Below, piece after piece: positions 27,512 to 39,487 of a DNA stretch of 64,000 nucleotides; position 1 is the first letter of the stretch, and every line of letters begins with the position of its first letter. A model generated the notes under the pieces. The model saw only the letters and a list, made by a program, of their open reading frames with translations, was not told the origin of the DNA and did no database searches. A program made the translations under genes and the position numbers. Location of the stretch: NCBI RefSeq assembly GCF_018350175.1, contig NC_058368.1, forward strand, positions 24,120,001-24,184,000, read 5' to 3'. The DNA comes from Felis catus (taxonomy: Eukaryota).

Positions 27512-27878
27512 TGTCTTAGCTTGGGCTGCTTTAACAAAAATACCAGAGATTGGGTAGCATTAATAACAAACTTTTATTTCTCACAGTTCTGAGGCTAGGA
27601 AGTCCAGGATCAAGACGCTGGCAGATTTGTTTCCTGCTGAGAGCCTTCTTTCTGGCTTATAGACAGCCACCTTCTGGCTGTATCCTTACATGATAGATGG
27701 AGGGAGCTCTAAAAGCTCTTCCTCTTTTCACAAAGGTACTAATCCCATCATGAGGGGTTACCCTCATAACCTCATCTGAACCTAATTACTCTCCAGAAGC
27801 CCTACCTCCTAATACCATCCTATTGGGGATTAGGAATTCTGCACATTAATTTTGGGAACATAAACATGCATAAACAAC
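27512..27878 (-). mobile_element. MaLR LTR (MLT1A-like)
   Basis: 'tgtcttagcttgggctgctttaacaaaaatacc...tttatttctcacagttctgaggctaggaagtcc...aattttgggaaca'. Confidence 0.85.
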
Positions 27879-28039
27879 TCCCTAACAGAGTTGGTATGAG
27901 AAAACACATGTGGAACCAAAAAGCAATTTAGGGACTCCAGTAAGAAATAAGTCATGCCATATACATCCCAGGAGCCCTTGAAGAGAACCCATTTTACACA
28001 ACGGTACAATGACTGCAATAAACAGTACTCCTGAGGCCT

Positions 28040-28475
28040 TGCAGTATAGTATCAACTGGCTGACCCTCTGGAGTGATATAAACGCAAACCCCAACTCCAC
28101 AATTTACTAGCTTCATGACCATGACTAATTTAAATTTCTAATGAGGAAATTTAAATACAGTTTCCTCATTAGAAAGCCATAGACATTTTAGTAAAGCTTC
28201 TTAATAGTCTTAAGAGATTATGTACGTAAGAAATAATACCCAGGATATGGCACATAGTCAACAAATACATTTTAGTAAAACCCTATCTGTGTTTCAGGCA
28301 CCATATTAAGTCCCTTACATGCCTTATCTCATAAAATTCTAGGATCATCCTGTGACAAGGTTTGTTCTGCTTTACAGATAAGAGAACAAAAGCTCAGAAA
28401 AGTTAAATGATTTATGTTTTCTATAGATAGCAAAAAAAAAAATCATGATTTGCACACAGGTGATCTGGCTTTATA
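28040..28475. mobile_element. Two adjacent MIR fragments in opposite orientation
   Basis: 'cagtttcctcatt' core on one strand; 'ttacagataagagaacaaaagctcagaaaagttaa' on the other. Confidence 0.6.
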
Positions 28476-29364
28476 GTTTGTTTTTTATTATTATTCCCTA
28501 TGTCCTCCTTGTAAGGACAGTTCCTAGAACCAGAGTAGAACATCTTGACCTCATTCCCAATCCTACTGTGAAATACCAATAATATTTAATATTCTCTCAA
28601 CATTAAAAATGGAAGTATATAAAGCATTTTCAAAAAACTTTCCATCAATACTAGATACAAATCAAAGTATTTCCAGGCCAAAAGACAGCACCTCACTTAC
28701 CTGGGGGACAAATGCCACTAACCTAGGATAATTGATGACCTAGGAAAAATGAGGAATACGTAAGAAAACAAGATAATTACAGGACATGCTGCATAACACC
28801 ACCATAGGAGAGAAGCAAACATCTCAAATTACAGTAAAATTCAGTCTAAGGGTTTTCTAAACCTTAGAGACAGCAAAAGATAAAAATGATGGTCCTCAGA
28901 GTTCATTAGTTTAAGGACTAAATTAAACAGAAGCAAACAGAGGCTGTTTGGAGGCCTACAGAGCTAGAAGAAAATATATATACACCATCTCTTTATAGCA
29001 AATCAAATCATTCCAAAAATGCACTACTCAGCATAGGGACTGGGTGGTACTTTCATGGCAGCTCCTTCTGCCTCAGCAAACCAGGAGGCTGAGGCCCATA
29101 ATGGCAAAACCCTAGGATGAGGAGACAATACATCTGGTTTCCATGGTCAACTCTCAGGCCAATTACTGGCATGAAACTGAGCAAGTGGCTACAGGTAAGA
29201 CAAGGGCCACAAAGCAATGAAATTGAAGCTCTCCCTTTAAACTAGGCAGGGAAAAAACCCTGGTAATCTGTACAAATTGTGAACAAGATGACCTTCTCCT
29301 GGTTTATACCTGAAATTATTTTGAGAACTCTAAGACTATAAATCAATTTTAAATAGGCTGTGAA

Positions 29365-29595
29365 GGGGCGCCTGGGTGGCGCAGTCAGTTAAGCGTCCGA
29401 CTTCAGCCAGGTCACGATCTCGCGGTCCGGGAGTTCGAGCCCCGCGTCGGGCTCTGGGCTGATGGCTCAGAGCCTGGAGCCTGTTTCCAATTCTATGTCT
29501 CCCTCTCTCTCTGCCCCTCCCCCGTTCATGCTCTGTCTCTCTCTGTCCCAAAAATAAACGTTGAAAAAAAAAATTTAAAAAAATAAACAAATAAA
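29365..29595 (+). mobile_element. Young SINEC_Fc
   Basis: Near consensus; exact 15-bp TSD 'taaataggctgtgaa' at 29350-29364 and 29596-29610. Confidence 0.97.
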
Positions 29596-30009
29596 TAAAT
29601 AGGCTGTGAATAGTCAAATTAGAGAAAAAATGTCAAATATTCTTGTATCAAAGTTAACAGAAATGGGGAAAAGCCCTGAAGAAAAAAAATGACTCATTTG
29701 CTAAAATATTGTTTGGGGAATGAGAATGGTTTGTATTTGTTATCTCTCTTATTATCTTAATCTTCCAAGTTCCCCACTGCACTTTGCCGTTTTTCCTATC
29801 TCTGACCTTGATACCTTGGATCCCCAGGATCCTGGCAGTGAAGCACATAATCAACTTTGACTCAGCACATTTGGTTCTAATCCTGGTTCTGACCACATAT
29901 TAGTTGAGCGAATATATATAAAGATGAGCTACCCAGTCCTCAGGATGCCCATCAGCCATCAACCACAGAGAAACACGCTCTATTTCTGGATACAATTCTG
30001 TAACTTACT

Positions 30010-30430
30010 CTATATTGAGGAAAAGACAAAATTCCTTCCCATAGCCTCAAAATCCTTGCAGGATATGTTGCCTACCTATCCCTGCAGCCTCGGTCTCATG
30101 ATGCTGTCCCTAACCATCTTCACACCATGCCATCTAATGTTTCCTCCTACTCTAGGCCTTTGTGTATGTTGTTTCTTCTTCCTGAAAATTCTTATATTTC
30201 ATTGGTTTGCTCTTATTCATCCTTTAAATCTCAACTCAAGCATCACTTCCTTAAGGAATTTTTCCTGACCTACCAGCAATCACCCTAGTTCCAATTTTAC
30301 ATTTGATCAATATCTCCTTGATGAGACTAAAACTTTGAGGACAGAGAATCCTTTCCATCTTTCTATCACCAGCACCTATTGTAGTGCTGGGTACATAAGG
30401 TGTTACTAAATGTTGAGTAAATAAATTAAA
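30010..30430 (+). mobile_element. L2 3' fragment
   Basis: 'ctcaactcaagcatcacttcctt...ccagcacctattgtagtgctgggtacata...aaatgttgagtaaat'. Confidence 0.65.
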
Positions 30431-30467
30431 ACACTAGCTATTTATAGACCAGTATTTTGGGGATATT

Positions 30468-32700
30468 TGGTGGTAACTATCCATGTTACACTAATATTCT
30501 CCTTTCTCTCTGAGCACACAAAAACCAAAATTCCTGTTACCCTTATAGTTGGGTGAGGATATGCAACCAGGTCTGGCTTATAGGTTACAGATCAATGAAA
30601 CATTTAACTGTCAGTAGGAAACCTTTCTTCTTTTCTGATTTCTGTGGTGATCTTGGGATCACACTGAAATGCACTTTTCAATCAGGCTGGCTCCCTGAAT
30701 GAGGACAGCAGAGACCAGAGCTTGCCAGTCAGCCAGCAATGGGTATGTAGTACCAGGGATAATAGGCCATTACCATGGAGTTTTTAAGGGGTGTTTGCTA
30801 CAGCAGCGTAATCTATCCTGAATGAAGCAGACACTGCTACTAGGAATATGGTTATCCATATCATACAGTGAAAACATTTGACAATGTTATTACCTATGAT
30901 GATTTGGTCAACTGATCAATATACTTAGTGAGTGTGTATCTCTCGAAGTTGTTAGGAATCACAACAGCATACTATTCCCACTGTGGTTGACTTCATTTGA
31001 AGGGTTTATAGTTTTCTAGGGCTTCCATAATAGACTACCACCAAAAAAACAAATGTATTGTCTCAGTTCTGGAGGCTCGAAGTCCAGGATCAAGGTGTCA
31101 CCAAGGTTGACTTCTGTGGACTTCGTATGAAGGACAATCTGTTTCATGTCCCTCCCTCCCTCCTGATGTTTTGTTGACTATCTTCGGTGTTCCTTGGTTT
31201 ATACATGGGCTACTCGGTCTTCATCTTCATATGGCGTTATTCCTGTCTTTCTAAAATTTTCCCCTTTATAAGGACATACACAGTACTGTATTGGCGTTCA
31301 GCCTAATAAACCTCATTTGAACTTAATTATCTCTGTAAAGACTTTCCAAATAAGGTGACTTTCTGAAGTAATGAGGGGTTAGGACTTTAGACCTTTTACA
31401 GAGGGCACAATAGCATAGCATAGGTACTACAAGAAAGATAAAGTCAGGGAACAAATTAGCCATGCCATAAGCAGAAATATCAGGTAATAGAGCCCATACT
31501 GCAGGAACTTCTAAGTTTAGAAGAGACAACTCTTTCTCAAACTTAACATATATGGGAAAAATGACCAATGTCTTCAACAGTGCATGCCCACTAAAATTCT
31601 CCATTGCAGGAAGAATTCAACCGGAGTTTAGCTGCCTCACTCATAGTTACAATCTTTGAGCAGATTTAAGTCTCATCCAATTATGTCAGATGGGGAAAAA
31701 ATGGCTCAGCAAAAAGTACACTGAAGAAATAGTTCTGCCAAAGCAGCATGATAGGCCCCTATGGCATCCACAATTAAGCCAAGAAAGAGAGGGTTAGAAA
31801 ACAGATACAGAGCAAATCTGGAGAAAACATCTACCAAATATCTGAGTGTGGCCATTAGAACATTTTGGTACCTGGACTGGAAGACCTAAGACATGGAGAG
31901 AATTGAATTGCCAAAACAAACCAAAACTATGACACCTACTAAGAACCTGACGTTCTCAAACATCTACAGTAAGAAGTGGGTTGAGGGGGCTGCTCAGATC
32001 ACAAGAAGATGTCTTGTCCAATCCCTACTTCATACGTGACCAAAGAGGATAGTAGGAAGACAGCACATCTCCCAGAAGGTGAAGCCAAGGGCTATGGAGC
32101 ACAATAGGGTGGGAGCTCCACCCAGCAATCATTACTAGTTAAGTCTATTCCCAGGTATGTATCTAGAAACAATGGCCCTTTCCCTGTCCCTGGTGTGTAA
32201 ACTCATATACACAATCCAGAGATGCTGTACTTCGAAATTCATGACATGACTAAAAGGCACTTCTGGAGCATGATCCTCAGAGAAGGAGGAGTGTACTTCT
32301 CGGGTGTTTAGGAGAGTAAACTAAATATTTGATGAACATACGTGCAGAATGTGGTCGTTATTACAACTACTCACTAAAATCCAGTTATTGGTTCCTTTTG
32401 GGGCCATGGGCAACTAAATCTCCAGGCTCCATCTGTGGGGGTGAAACCATGAAACCATGGAGCATGAGTGATGTGGGTCACTTCCAGGCTACATTATCCA
32501 ATTGCTCTTGTAAGATCCTCCAGAGTTTCCCACCCCCATTTCTTCTAAGCTCATCATGAAAGTCCATGTCAGGCTATGGTGTGCTTTTGAGCCTGAGTCT
32601 CAATGAGTAGAATAGAGTCCCCAACACAATTCAAGATGAACATGTAGCTTGAACAAGGAAGATGTTTGCTTTACAATGTTGAAATTTTGCCTTAACATAA
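30468..32700 (+). mobile_element. Degenerate MaLR element, LTR-internal-LTR (MLT1H/J-like)
   Basis: Two related LTR-like segments (about 30468-30830 and 32350-32700) around MLT-int-like sequence. A PPT-like 'gtgcagaa|tgtgg' precedes the second LTR. Confidence 0.55.
31005..31420 (-). mobile_element. MaLR LTR (MLT1C-like) nested in the older MaLR internal region
   Basis: 'aaatgtattgtctcagttctggaggctcgaagtccaggatcaaggtgtc...ggggttaggacttt'. Confidence 0.8.
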
Positions 32701-32709
32701 TGCAGTCAT

Positions 32710-33178
32710 CATGCTCCTTGCTATTTTCCTAAAGGAGTTGAAAATACGTATCTACACAAAAACCTGCACATGATGTTTACAACATCTTTAACCATATTTG
32801 TCAAAACTTAGAAGTAACCAACATGTTAAGTAAGTGAATGGTTAAACTGCGAAATACTCAAGAGAGTATTATTTAAAATGAGACATCAGGCCATCCATGA
32901 AAAAAACATGAAAATCTTGTATTCATTCTGGAAAAGGCAGAATTATGGGGACAGTAAAAAGATCAATTGTTGCTAGAGATTTGTGGAAAGGGGGAAGGCA
33001 AGAATACATGGAGCACAGGGAATTTTTAGGGTGGTGAAACTACTGTGTAGGACACTGTGACAGTTGATATGGATCATTATGCAGCAGTCAAAATCCACAG
33101 AACGTAGAACAAAAAATTAACTTGATGTGAACTTTGGGCTTTGTTAATAATGTATCCATACTGGCTCTTCAATAAAAA
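32710..33178 (+). mobile_element. L1MC/MD-type 3' end fragment
   Basis: 'aggagttgaaaatacgtatctacacaaaaacctgcac', 'ttctggaaaaggcagaattatggggacagtaaaaagatc'. Confidence 0.75.
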
Positions 33179-33658
33179 TGAAATTAGAGGTTATTACAGA
33201 AGCATTTCCCTCTCCTGATACAGCATTAATAAATCAATTGATTAATCTCACAAAACTAAAAAATGTGGATTTACAAGAGGTGAAGTTCATATGCCTATCA
33301 GATATTTACTTCAGAAGCAACAGCACCTGATTAATGGTAATACAACATAAGAGCAGTCTTCCAAAATGCAATACCTCTCCAAAGTAATATGAACCACTTT
33401 TAAAAAATAACAAATTCCACGAATTCTTAATACATCACAAAAATATGGGCTTAATTATCTTCAATATGTTAGAATTTATTTTTCAGTGAATTGCAATAAA
33501 TCATTTCACTCCTCAAAATTTTAATGAACTCAAGCCAGCATTTCTAAAGAAAAGTGAACCAACTGTACTGGAATAACCTGAAGAACTTTTGAAAAATGTA
33601 GACGCCCAGATTCCCTCCCAGCTTTGTTGACTCAAAATCTTTAAGAGGCCCAGGGTTT

Positions 33659-33874
33659 GGGGCGCCTGGGTGGCGCAGTCGGTTAAGCGTCCGACTTCAG
33701 CCAGGTCATGATCTCGTGGTCTGTGGGTTCGAGCCCCGCGTCAGGCTCTGGGCTGATGGCGCAAAGCCTGGAGCCTGTTTCCGATTCTGTGTCTCCCCCT
33801 CTCTCTGCCCCTCCCCCGTTCATGCTCTGTCTCTCTCTGTCCCAAAAATAAATAAACATTGAAAAAAAAATAAA
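33659..33874 (+). mobile_element. Young SINEC_Fc ('ggcgcaaagcc' variant), copy A
   Basis: Near-consensus SINE with no TSD of its own. Confidence 0.95.
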
Positions 33875-33967
33875 GAAAATTCTGCTTCATAAGATGTTCC
33901 CATTATTTAAATAATTTTTTAAGACTGTAAATGGTTTTGAAAATGTGTCATATAAAAAATTAGGACA

Positions 33968-34188
33968 GGGGCACCTGGGTGGCGCAGTCGGTTAAGCGTC
34001 CGACTTCAGCCAGGTCACGATCTCGCGGTCCGTGAGTTCGAGCCCCGCGTCAGGCTCTGGGCTGATGGCGCAAAGCCTGGAGCCTGTTTCTGATTCTGTG
34101 TCTCCCTCTCTCTCTGCCCCTCCCCTGTTCATGCTCTGTCTCTCTCCGTCCCAAAAATAAATAAACGTTGAAAAAAAAATTTTTTAAA
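33968..34188 (+). mobile_element. Young SINEC_Fc ('ggcgcaaagcc' variant), copy B
   Basis: Near-consensus SINE; followed by the TSD that matches the left flank of copy A. Confidence 0.95.
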
Positions 34189-37100
34189 AAGAGGCCCGGG
34201 GATCCAAAGTGTGTCATGCTACACAGGTTTGAGCATCACTGACTTTAATTCTATATAAAATTGTAAGACATCATGTGATAAATCTTTCATTTCTCAAGAC
34301 ACTAGCTTCTCGATGCTTCATAAGCACCTAAACACTGCTGTCACAATTAATCTTACGCATACTCAATACCCAGAGTAACAAGTATGAGCCTTCCTGGGGC
34401 ACCATTCTCCCTCTAGCCCTTGAGCTGTACTGAGTAGCACAGTTGTTTTATAATAAACAGTCTCAGAGTGGGGCTTACCAACAGAATGCACTTCAAGCAA
34501 AAAGAGCTCATAAATGAATTCCCATTTTTCCTAATGCAAAATTAAGCTACTTCTATATCTGAATTTTCTTCTTTCTGCCTCCATTTCCTATAAGGGCTAA
34601 ATGGTATAACTTGAAGTAATGAGGCTTTGCAGTTAAGAAACTGATGGGAAACATAACATAAATTGCAAGATCTTCAAGTGTCTGTCTGCGGAGGACCCAG
34701 CCTCATTGTGCCAACAGCAACACAATAACATAATGCGAGTGCACCCATTCATCTGTGTTTTCCTAAGAATGAAAGCCAGAATATGTTATTTGGTGTTTCT
34801 TTTGATAATGAGTTTATTCTCTAATTGCACATCTATGACTTTTACAATGAATTAAGCAAGGGTGATTAGACACAGATAGACATGTTCTGTATCTGTAAAA
34901 TACGAGCACCTCTGTCCTTCTTACAATCTAACATTAAGGAGCTAAGATAATGTTTCCATTGTGCAAATATAGGGAAGTTCAACTGATACTTTTTCACCAA
35001 TCAGAGGCAAGAGTAGGCCAATTCTCACATAATGGGATTTATTCAACCTATACTGACCTTTCTCCTTCTCTATTTAGGGTCACAACCACTTAATACTTTT
35101 TTAATGGTTACGTATCTGTTAGTTTTTCTCCCTCAAGTTGCTCAGTGTAAGCTTTTTGAGAACACAGACCATATCTAAATAACATTATAGCTGTGAAAAC
35201 ACTGATGACTATAAAAAGCAACATAAAAGTTACATATTATCATTTGTTCCTTGTTCTAGAACAGCAAAGAAAATATAATCATTTGAGCTATATTTAAGGA
35301 ACAAAAACATTGGTCTCTGAAGACTCTAAGATTAAAATTCATTTCCTAATTAAAACCAATACACAAACCGAATCTTAGTTTTACCTTTAATCTAGTTTTT
35401 ACACTTATGGTCATCAAAAAAATGCCATCAGTTACATAAATGTCTTGATTTCACAGTTACCAAAGAGGCTGAGGAACTGGGATATTATATGATAAGCCAG
35501 TTGATAGATTTCTGAGTTAACTATGTTTTCTTTCAGCAAGAATGGACTTTCAAGATTTTTGGAGATACCAATGTAAATTTAATCTAAAACACATTAATAT
35601 GATAATCTCAGCATCTGAGAATGTACTCAGTCAACACACAGTTTCAGTTTGGTAGGTAGATGTAGTATCAGTAACAGGCTTCATAACACAACTTCTGTGA
35701 CACAGGAGCCATGACCTACAATACAAACTTCCCCTTACTATACCTGAAGGGTTCTCAGTGGTTGAAGGCCCTCCTGGGAATAAATGTGCTTGTATGTCCA
35801 GCCATCAAATAAAACTCACCAAAGAAGTCACAGAGATGTCTTAGAGGTAGAACTACAGAGGTAGTAGAGGGAGGCGGTGGCTATCCATCAGCCGGAAACA
35901 AATATGCAGGATAGAAACAAGGCATATAGGATCTAAAATAGGTCAGGACGTTAGAACGTCGGTCAAAATTTATAGTGCAAAACAGAACTGATAAATATGC
36001 AGTTTGGTGACCAAAATAAGGGAGTTGGTGTATGGGAAAGCATCCTGTACAGGTCTAGCTTATAGTATGTGCTTGATACATGTTAAGCTTGGTTTTTTAA
36101 TGATGACCTTATAGTTCATGACAGTCAGAGGCTCTGCCTTTCTACAAAATCATACACATGGCTTCTCTGCCCCTGCCCATGGCTGCAAAACACATTCTCA
36201 TGGGAACTGGTACTATGACCTGTAGGAGATTAACAACGGATACTAACAAATTACATCCCAAGCAAGTTCAGCCAAGGTGAGGGGTTAAATGGCAAAATCC
36301 TTCCTTCTGTGGATGAATTTGGTGTTTAATGAAAAAGAGCATTCATGCTGCCAGCACTCTGCAGGATGTGCTGTCACCCAAAGACACAGAACCTGATACT
36401 TGAACTGAATGCTGCTAAAAGTGGCTCATCACCTATCTGCTCCTTCATTCTTCTGTCCAAACCTGCGTATCAGAAACCACAAGAAGAAAGAGTTTCCTGG
36501 GTTTTATTCAGAGATGAGACTCATAATCAAAGATTTAGTCTGGGACAGATCCGAGAAGTTTGACAGCCATATTTACCCAGTCAATACCAAGGAAAGTCTG
36601 AGAAAGAAACAGATTTGAAATTGACACTGTAATAAGACCAGGCCATTGATCTACAAGTCAGGTACACTCCATCTTCATTTCACAGATAAAGGAAGCAGGT
36701 TTAGGGACTTTCCACTGATTACAGAGTAAGACCTACTTTTTCCAGTACCTAGTACCAACATCCGTTCTGCAATGCTGCTGCTCCTCAGGACCAGGGTGGT
36801 CAACACTCCTGGCCAACAATGCTCAGGAGCTAGGTACACTCTCTTAAAGCAGCTCCTGTACCTTCTCTTCCCATCCTAATGCCAGTCATTCCCTCTCCAT
36901 CAAAGTAAAGGGGATGAGCATCTTCGAATTTCAGACTCACCTCCATCTATCCCCTTTAACTTACCCTTATTGTCCCCAGAGAATATCTTCTATATGGTGT
37001 ATGTGTGTGTGTAATGTCTGTTATGTATAAATAAACTGTATACATTATATCTAATTATGTGTAAAGTATATATTATATATTCTAAAGATTTCTGTATTTA

Positions 37101-38309
37101 TTATTATTAAACTTTTCGGTTTCATTATAAAAATCAAATATGATTTGCTTTAAAAATGGGGCCACTAACCTTATGAACACTATTTCCTGAGTCCTTAATC
37201 AGTTTTGCCTAAACCAGGAGCTTTAAGAAATCAGATCGCATCTATTCATCTTCAATTCCAAAATTTAACATGTTTTCCTTTCCCTTTACTTTCTCATGTT
37301 TCCAAAAGTCTGGTAGATTGGGTGGGACACAAAGATGACAAAGATATTATCTATTGCTATATTTTTATTACAGTAAAAAAAGGCAATATGAGATCTGCAA
37401 CTAATTTTTAAGTATATAGCACAGTATTAGTTACGTGCACTGTGATGCACAGATCTCTAGAACTTTTTCATCTTGCATGATAAACCATATCCACTGAACT
37501 TCATAGCACTTCTGTACTCTTCCATACCTGCTATAAGTACAATCATGCAGGATTCGTCTTCCTGTGGCTGGGTGATTTCTCTCAGCATCATGTCAAGATC
37601 CAACCATATTGTAGCAAATACAATTTCTTTTTTAAGGCTGAGTATTCTATTGTAAATTTTTGTCACATTTTCTGTATGCAGTCCTCTGTTGATGGGCACT
37701 TAGGTTGCTTCCACCTCTTGGCTAATGTGACCAATGCTGCAATAAGCATACGTATGTAAATGTCCATGCAAAATCCTAAGTTTAATTCATCTGGATCAAT
37801 ACCAGGAAGTGAGATTGCTGGATCACAGTATTTTTTTTCAACCTCTATACTATTTTTTCATAGTATCTGCACCTCTTTATATTTCTACCAACAATGGAGA
37901 AGAGATCCATTTTCTTTGCATACAAACCAAAACTTTTTCTAATAGCCACCCTAACAGGTGAGCAATAACAGCTCACAGTATTGATTTGTATTTCCCCTGA
38001 TAATGAGAGATGTTAAGTATCTTTTCATGTACCTGTTAACCACTGTAGGTCTTCTTTGGAGAACTGTCTATTCAGTCCCTTTCTTCTTTCATCAATCAAG
38101 GTTGGGTTTTGATTTGTTTTAGTTTTGTTTTTGGTTTTGGTTCTGTTTTGTTTTGCTGTTGAGTTGAACGAGTTTCTTACATACACTGGATATTAACCCC
38201 TTATCAAATAGTTTCTCCCATTCCATATGCTGTCTTTTCACTCTATGGAAGGTTTCCTTTGTTTAAAAACAAAAAAATTAACAAAACCAGAAGCTTTTCA
38301 GTTTAATGC

Positions 38310-39030
38310 ACTGATCTACCTTAACTTACAATGGGGTTACATCCCAATAAAGCCATCATAAATTGAGAATATCGTCAACTGAAAAAGCATTTAATACACC
38401 TAACCTACCATTCCTAGCAGTTTAAGCTTAGCCCACCTTAAATGTACTCAGAACATCGGGGTGCCTGGGTGGCTCAGTCGGTTAAGTGAAGCTGACTTCA
38501 GCTCAGGTCACGATTCATAGGTCAGGAGTTCGAGCCCAGTGTTGGGCTCTGTGCTGACAGCTTGGAGCCTGCAGCCTGCTTTGGATTTTTTGTCTCCTTC
38601 TCTCTTTGCCCCTCCCCCCCACTAGCACTCACTCTCTCTCTCTCTCTCAAAAATAAAACATTAAAAAAATTTTTTTAAATACTCAGAATACTTACATTAG
38701 CCTACAATTGGGCAAAATCATCTAACTCCAAGTCTATTTTATGATATAGGGTTGAAGATCCCATTTAATTTTTTGAATACCATAAAGTGAAAAACAAAAT
38801 GGTTTTATTGGTACAGGATGGTTATAAGTATATCAGTTGTTTACCCTCATGATCACACAGCTGACTGGGAGTTGCTGGTGCCCAGCATCATACTAGAGTG
38901 TTGTACCAGCTGTCACTAGCCCCAGAAAAGTTCCAATTCAAAGTACAGTTTCCACTCAATATCTGTCACTATCCCATCTTCATCAACTTGAAAAGTTTTA
39001 AGTGGAACCATTGTAAGTCAGGAACCACAC
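38310..39030. mobile_element. TcMar-Tigger non-autonomous DNA transposon (Tigger4/Zombi-like)
   Basis: Terminal inverted repeats 'acttacaatgg' and 'ccattgtaagt'; internal 'gcatttaatacacctaacctacc' and 'gggcaaaatcatctaac'. Confidence 0.85.
38458..38676 (+). mobile_element. Can-SINE within the Tigger
   Basis: SINEC; TSD 'aaat(gt)actcagaa(c/t)a'. Confidence 0.92.
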
Positions 39031-39291
39031 ATAGTCCCATTTGTCCAATTTTTTGTTGCTTGTGCTTCTGTCATATCTAGGCAGGCAATCATTGCCAAGA
39101 CCATTATCATCCATCTTTTCTGTTTTCTAACAGAAGTTTCATAGTTTCAGGTCCTATGGTTAGGATATAGGACACTGTAGCTTTATAATAGATTTTTACA
39201 TCAGGAAGTGTGAGGATTCCAGCTTTGTTCTTCCTCAAGATTGTTTTGGTTATTCAGGATCTTCGTGGTTCCATATGACTTCTAGGATTAT

Positions 39292-39487
39292 TTTTAAAAT
39301 GTTTGAGAGAGAGAAAGCCAAAGACTGAGTGTGTGGGGGGAGGGGCAGAGGGAGAGAGAGAATCCCAAACAGGCTCCACACTGCCACAGCAGAGCCTAAC
39401 TCAGGGCTCAATTTCACAAACTGTGATATCATGACCTGAGCCAAAATCAAGAGTCAGCCACATAACAGACTGAGCCACCCAGGCACC
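39292..39487 (-). mobile_element. Can-SINE
   Basis: Reverse SINEC; TSD 'taggatt(a/t)tttt'. Confidence 0.92.

Larger units (their letters stand above)
33537..34241. mobile_element. MER5A-like hAT-Charlie MITE interrupted by the SINE-spacer-SINE cassette
   Basis: Left part 'ggaataacctgaagaac...cagattccctccc...gactcaaaatct'; right part 'ggtttgagcatcactg'. Confidence 0.6.

Noticed and set aside
29336..29617. Recurring peptide '[26 protein letters not shown]' in several ORFs
   Set aside because: Antisense translation of SINEC_Fc.
35810..36500. Minus-strand exon-like segments near 35820 and 36460
   Set aside because: Splice signals are plausible, but the frames are short or contain stops and no product is recognisable.
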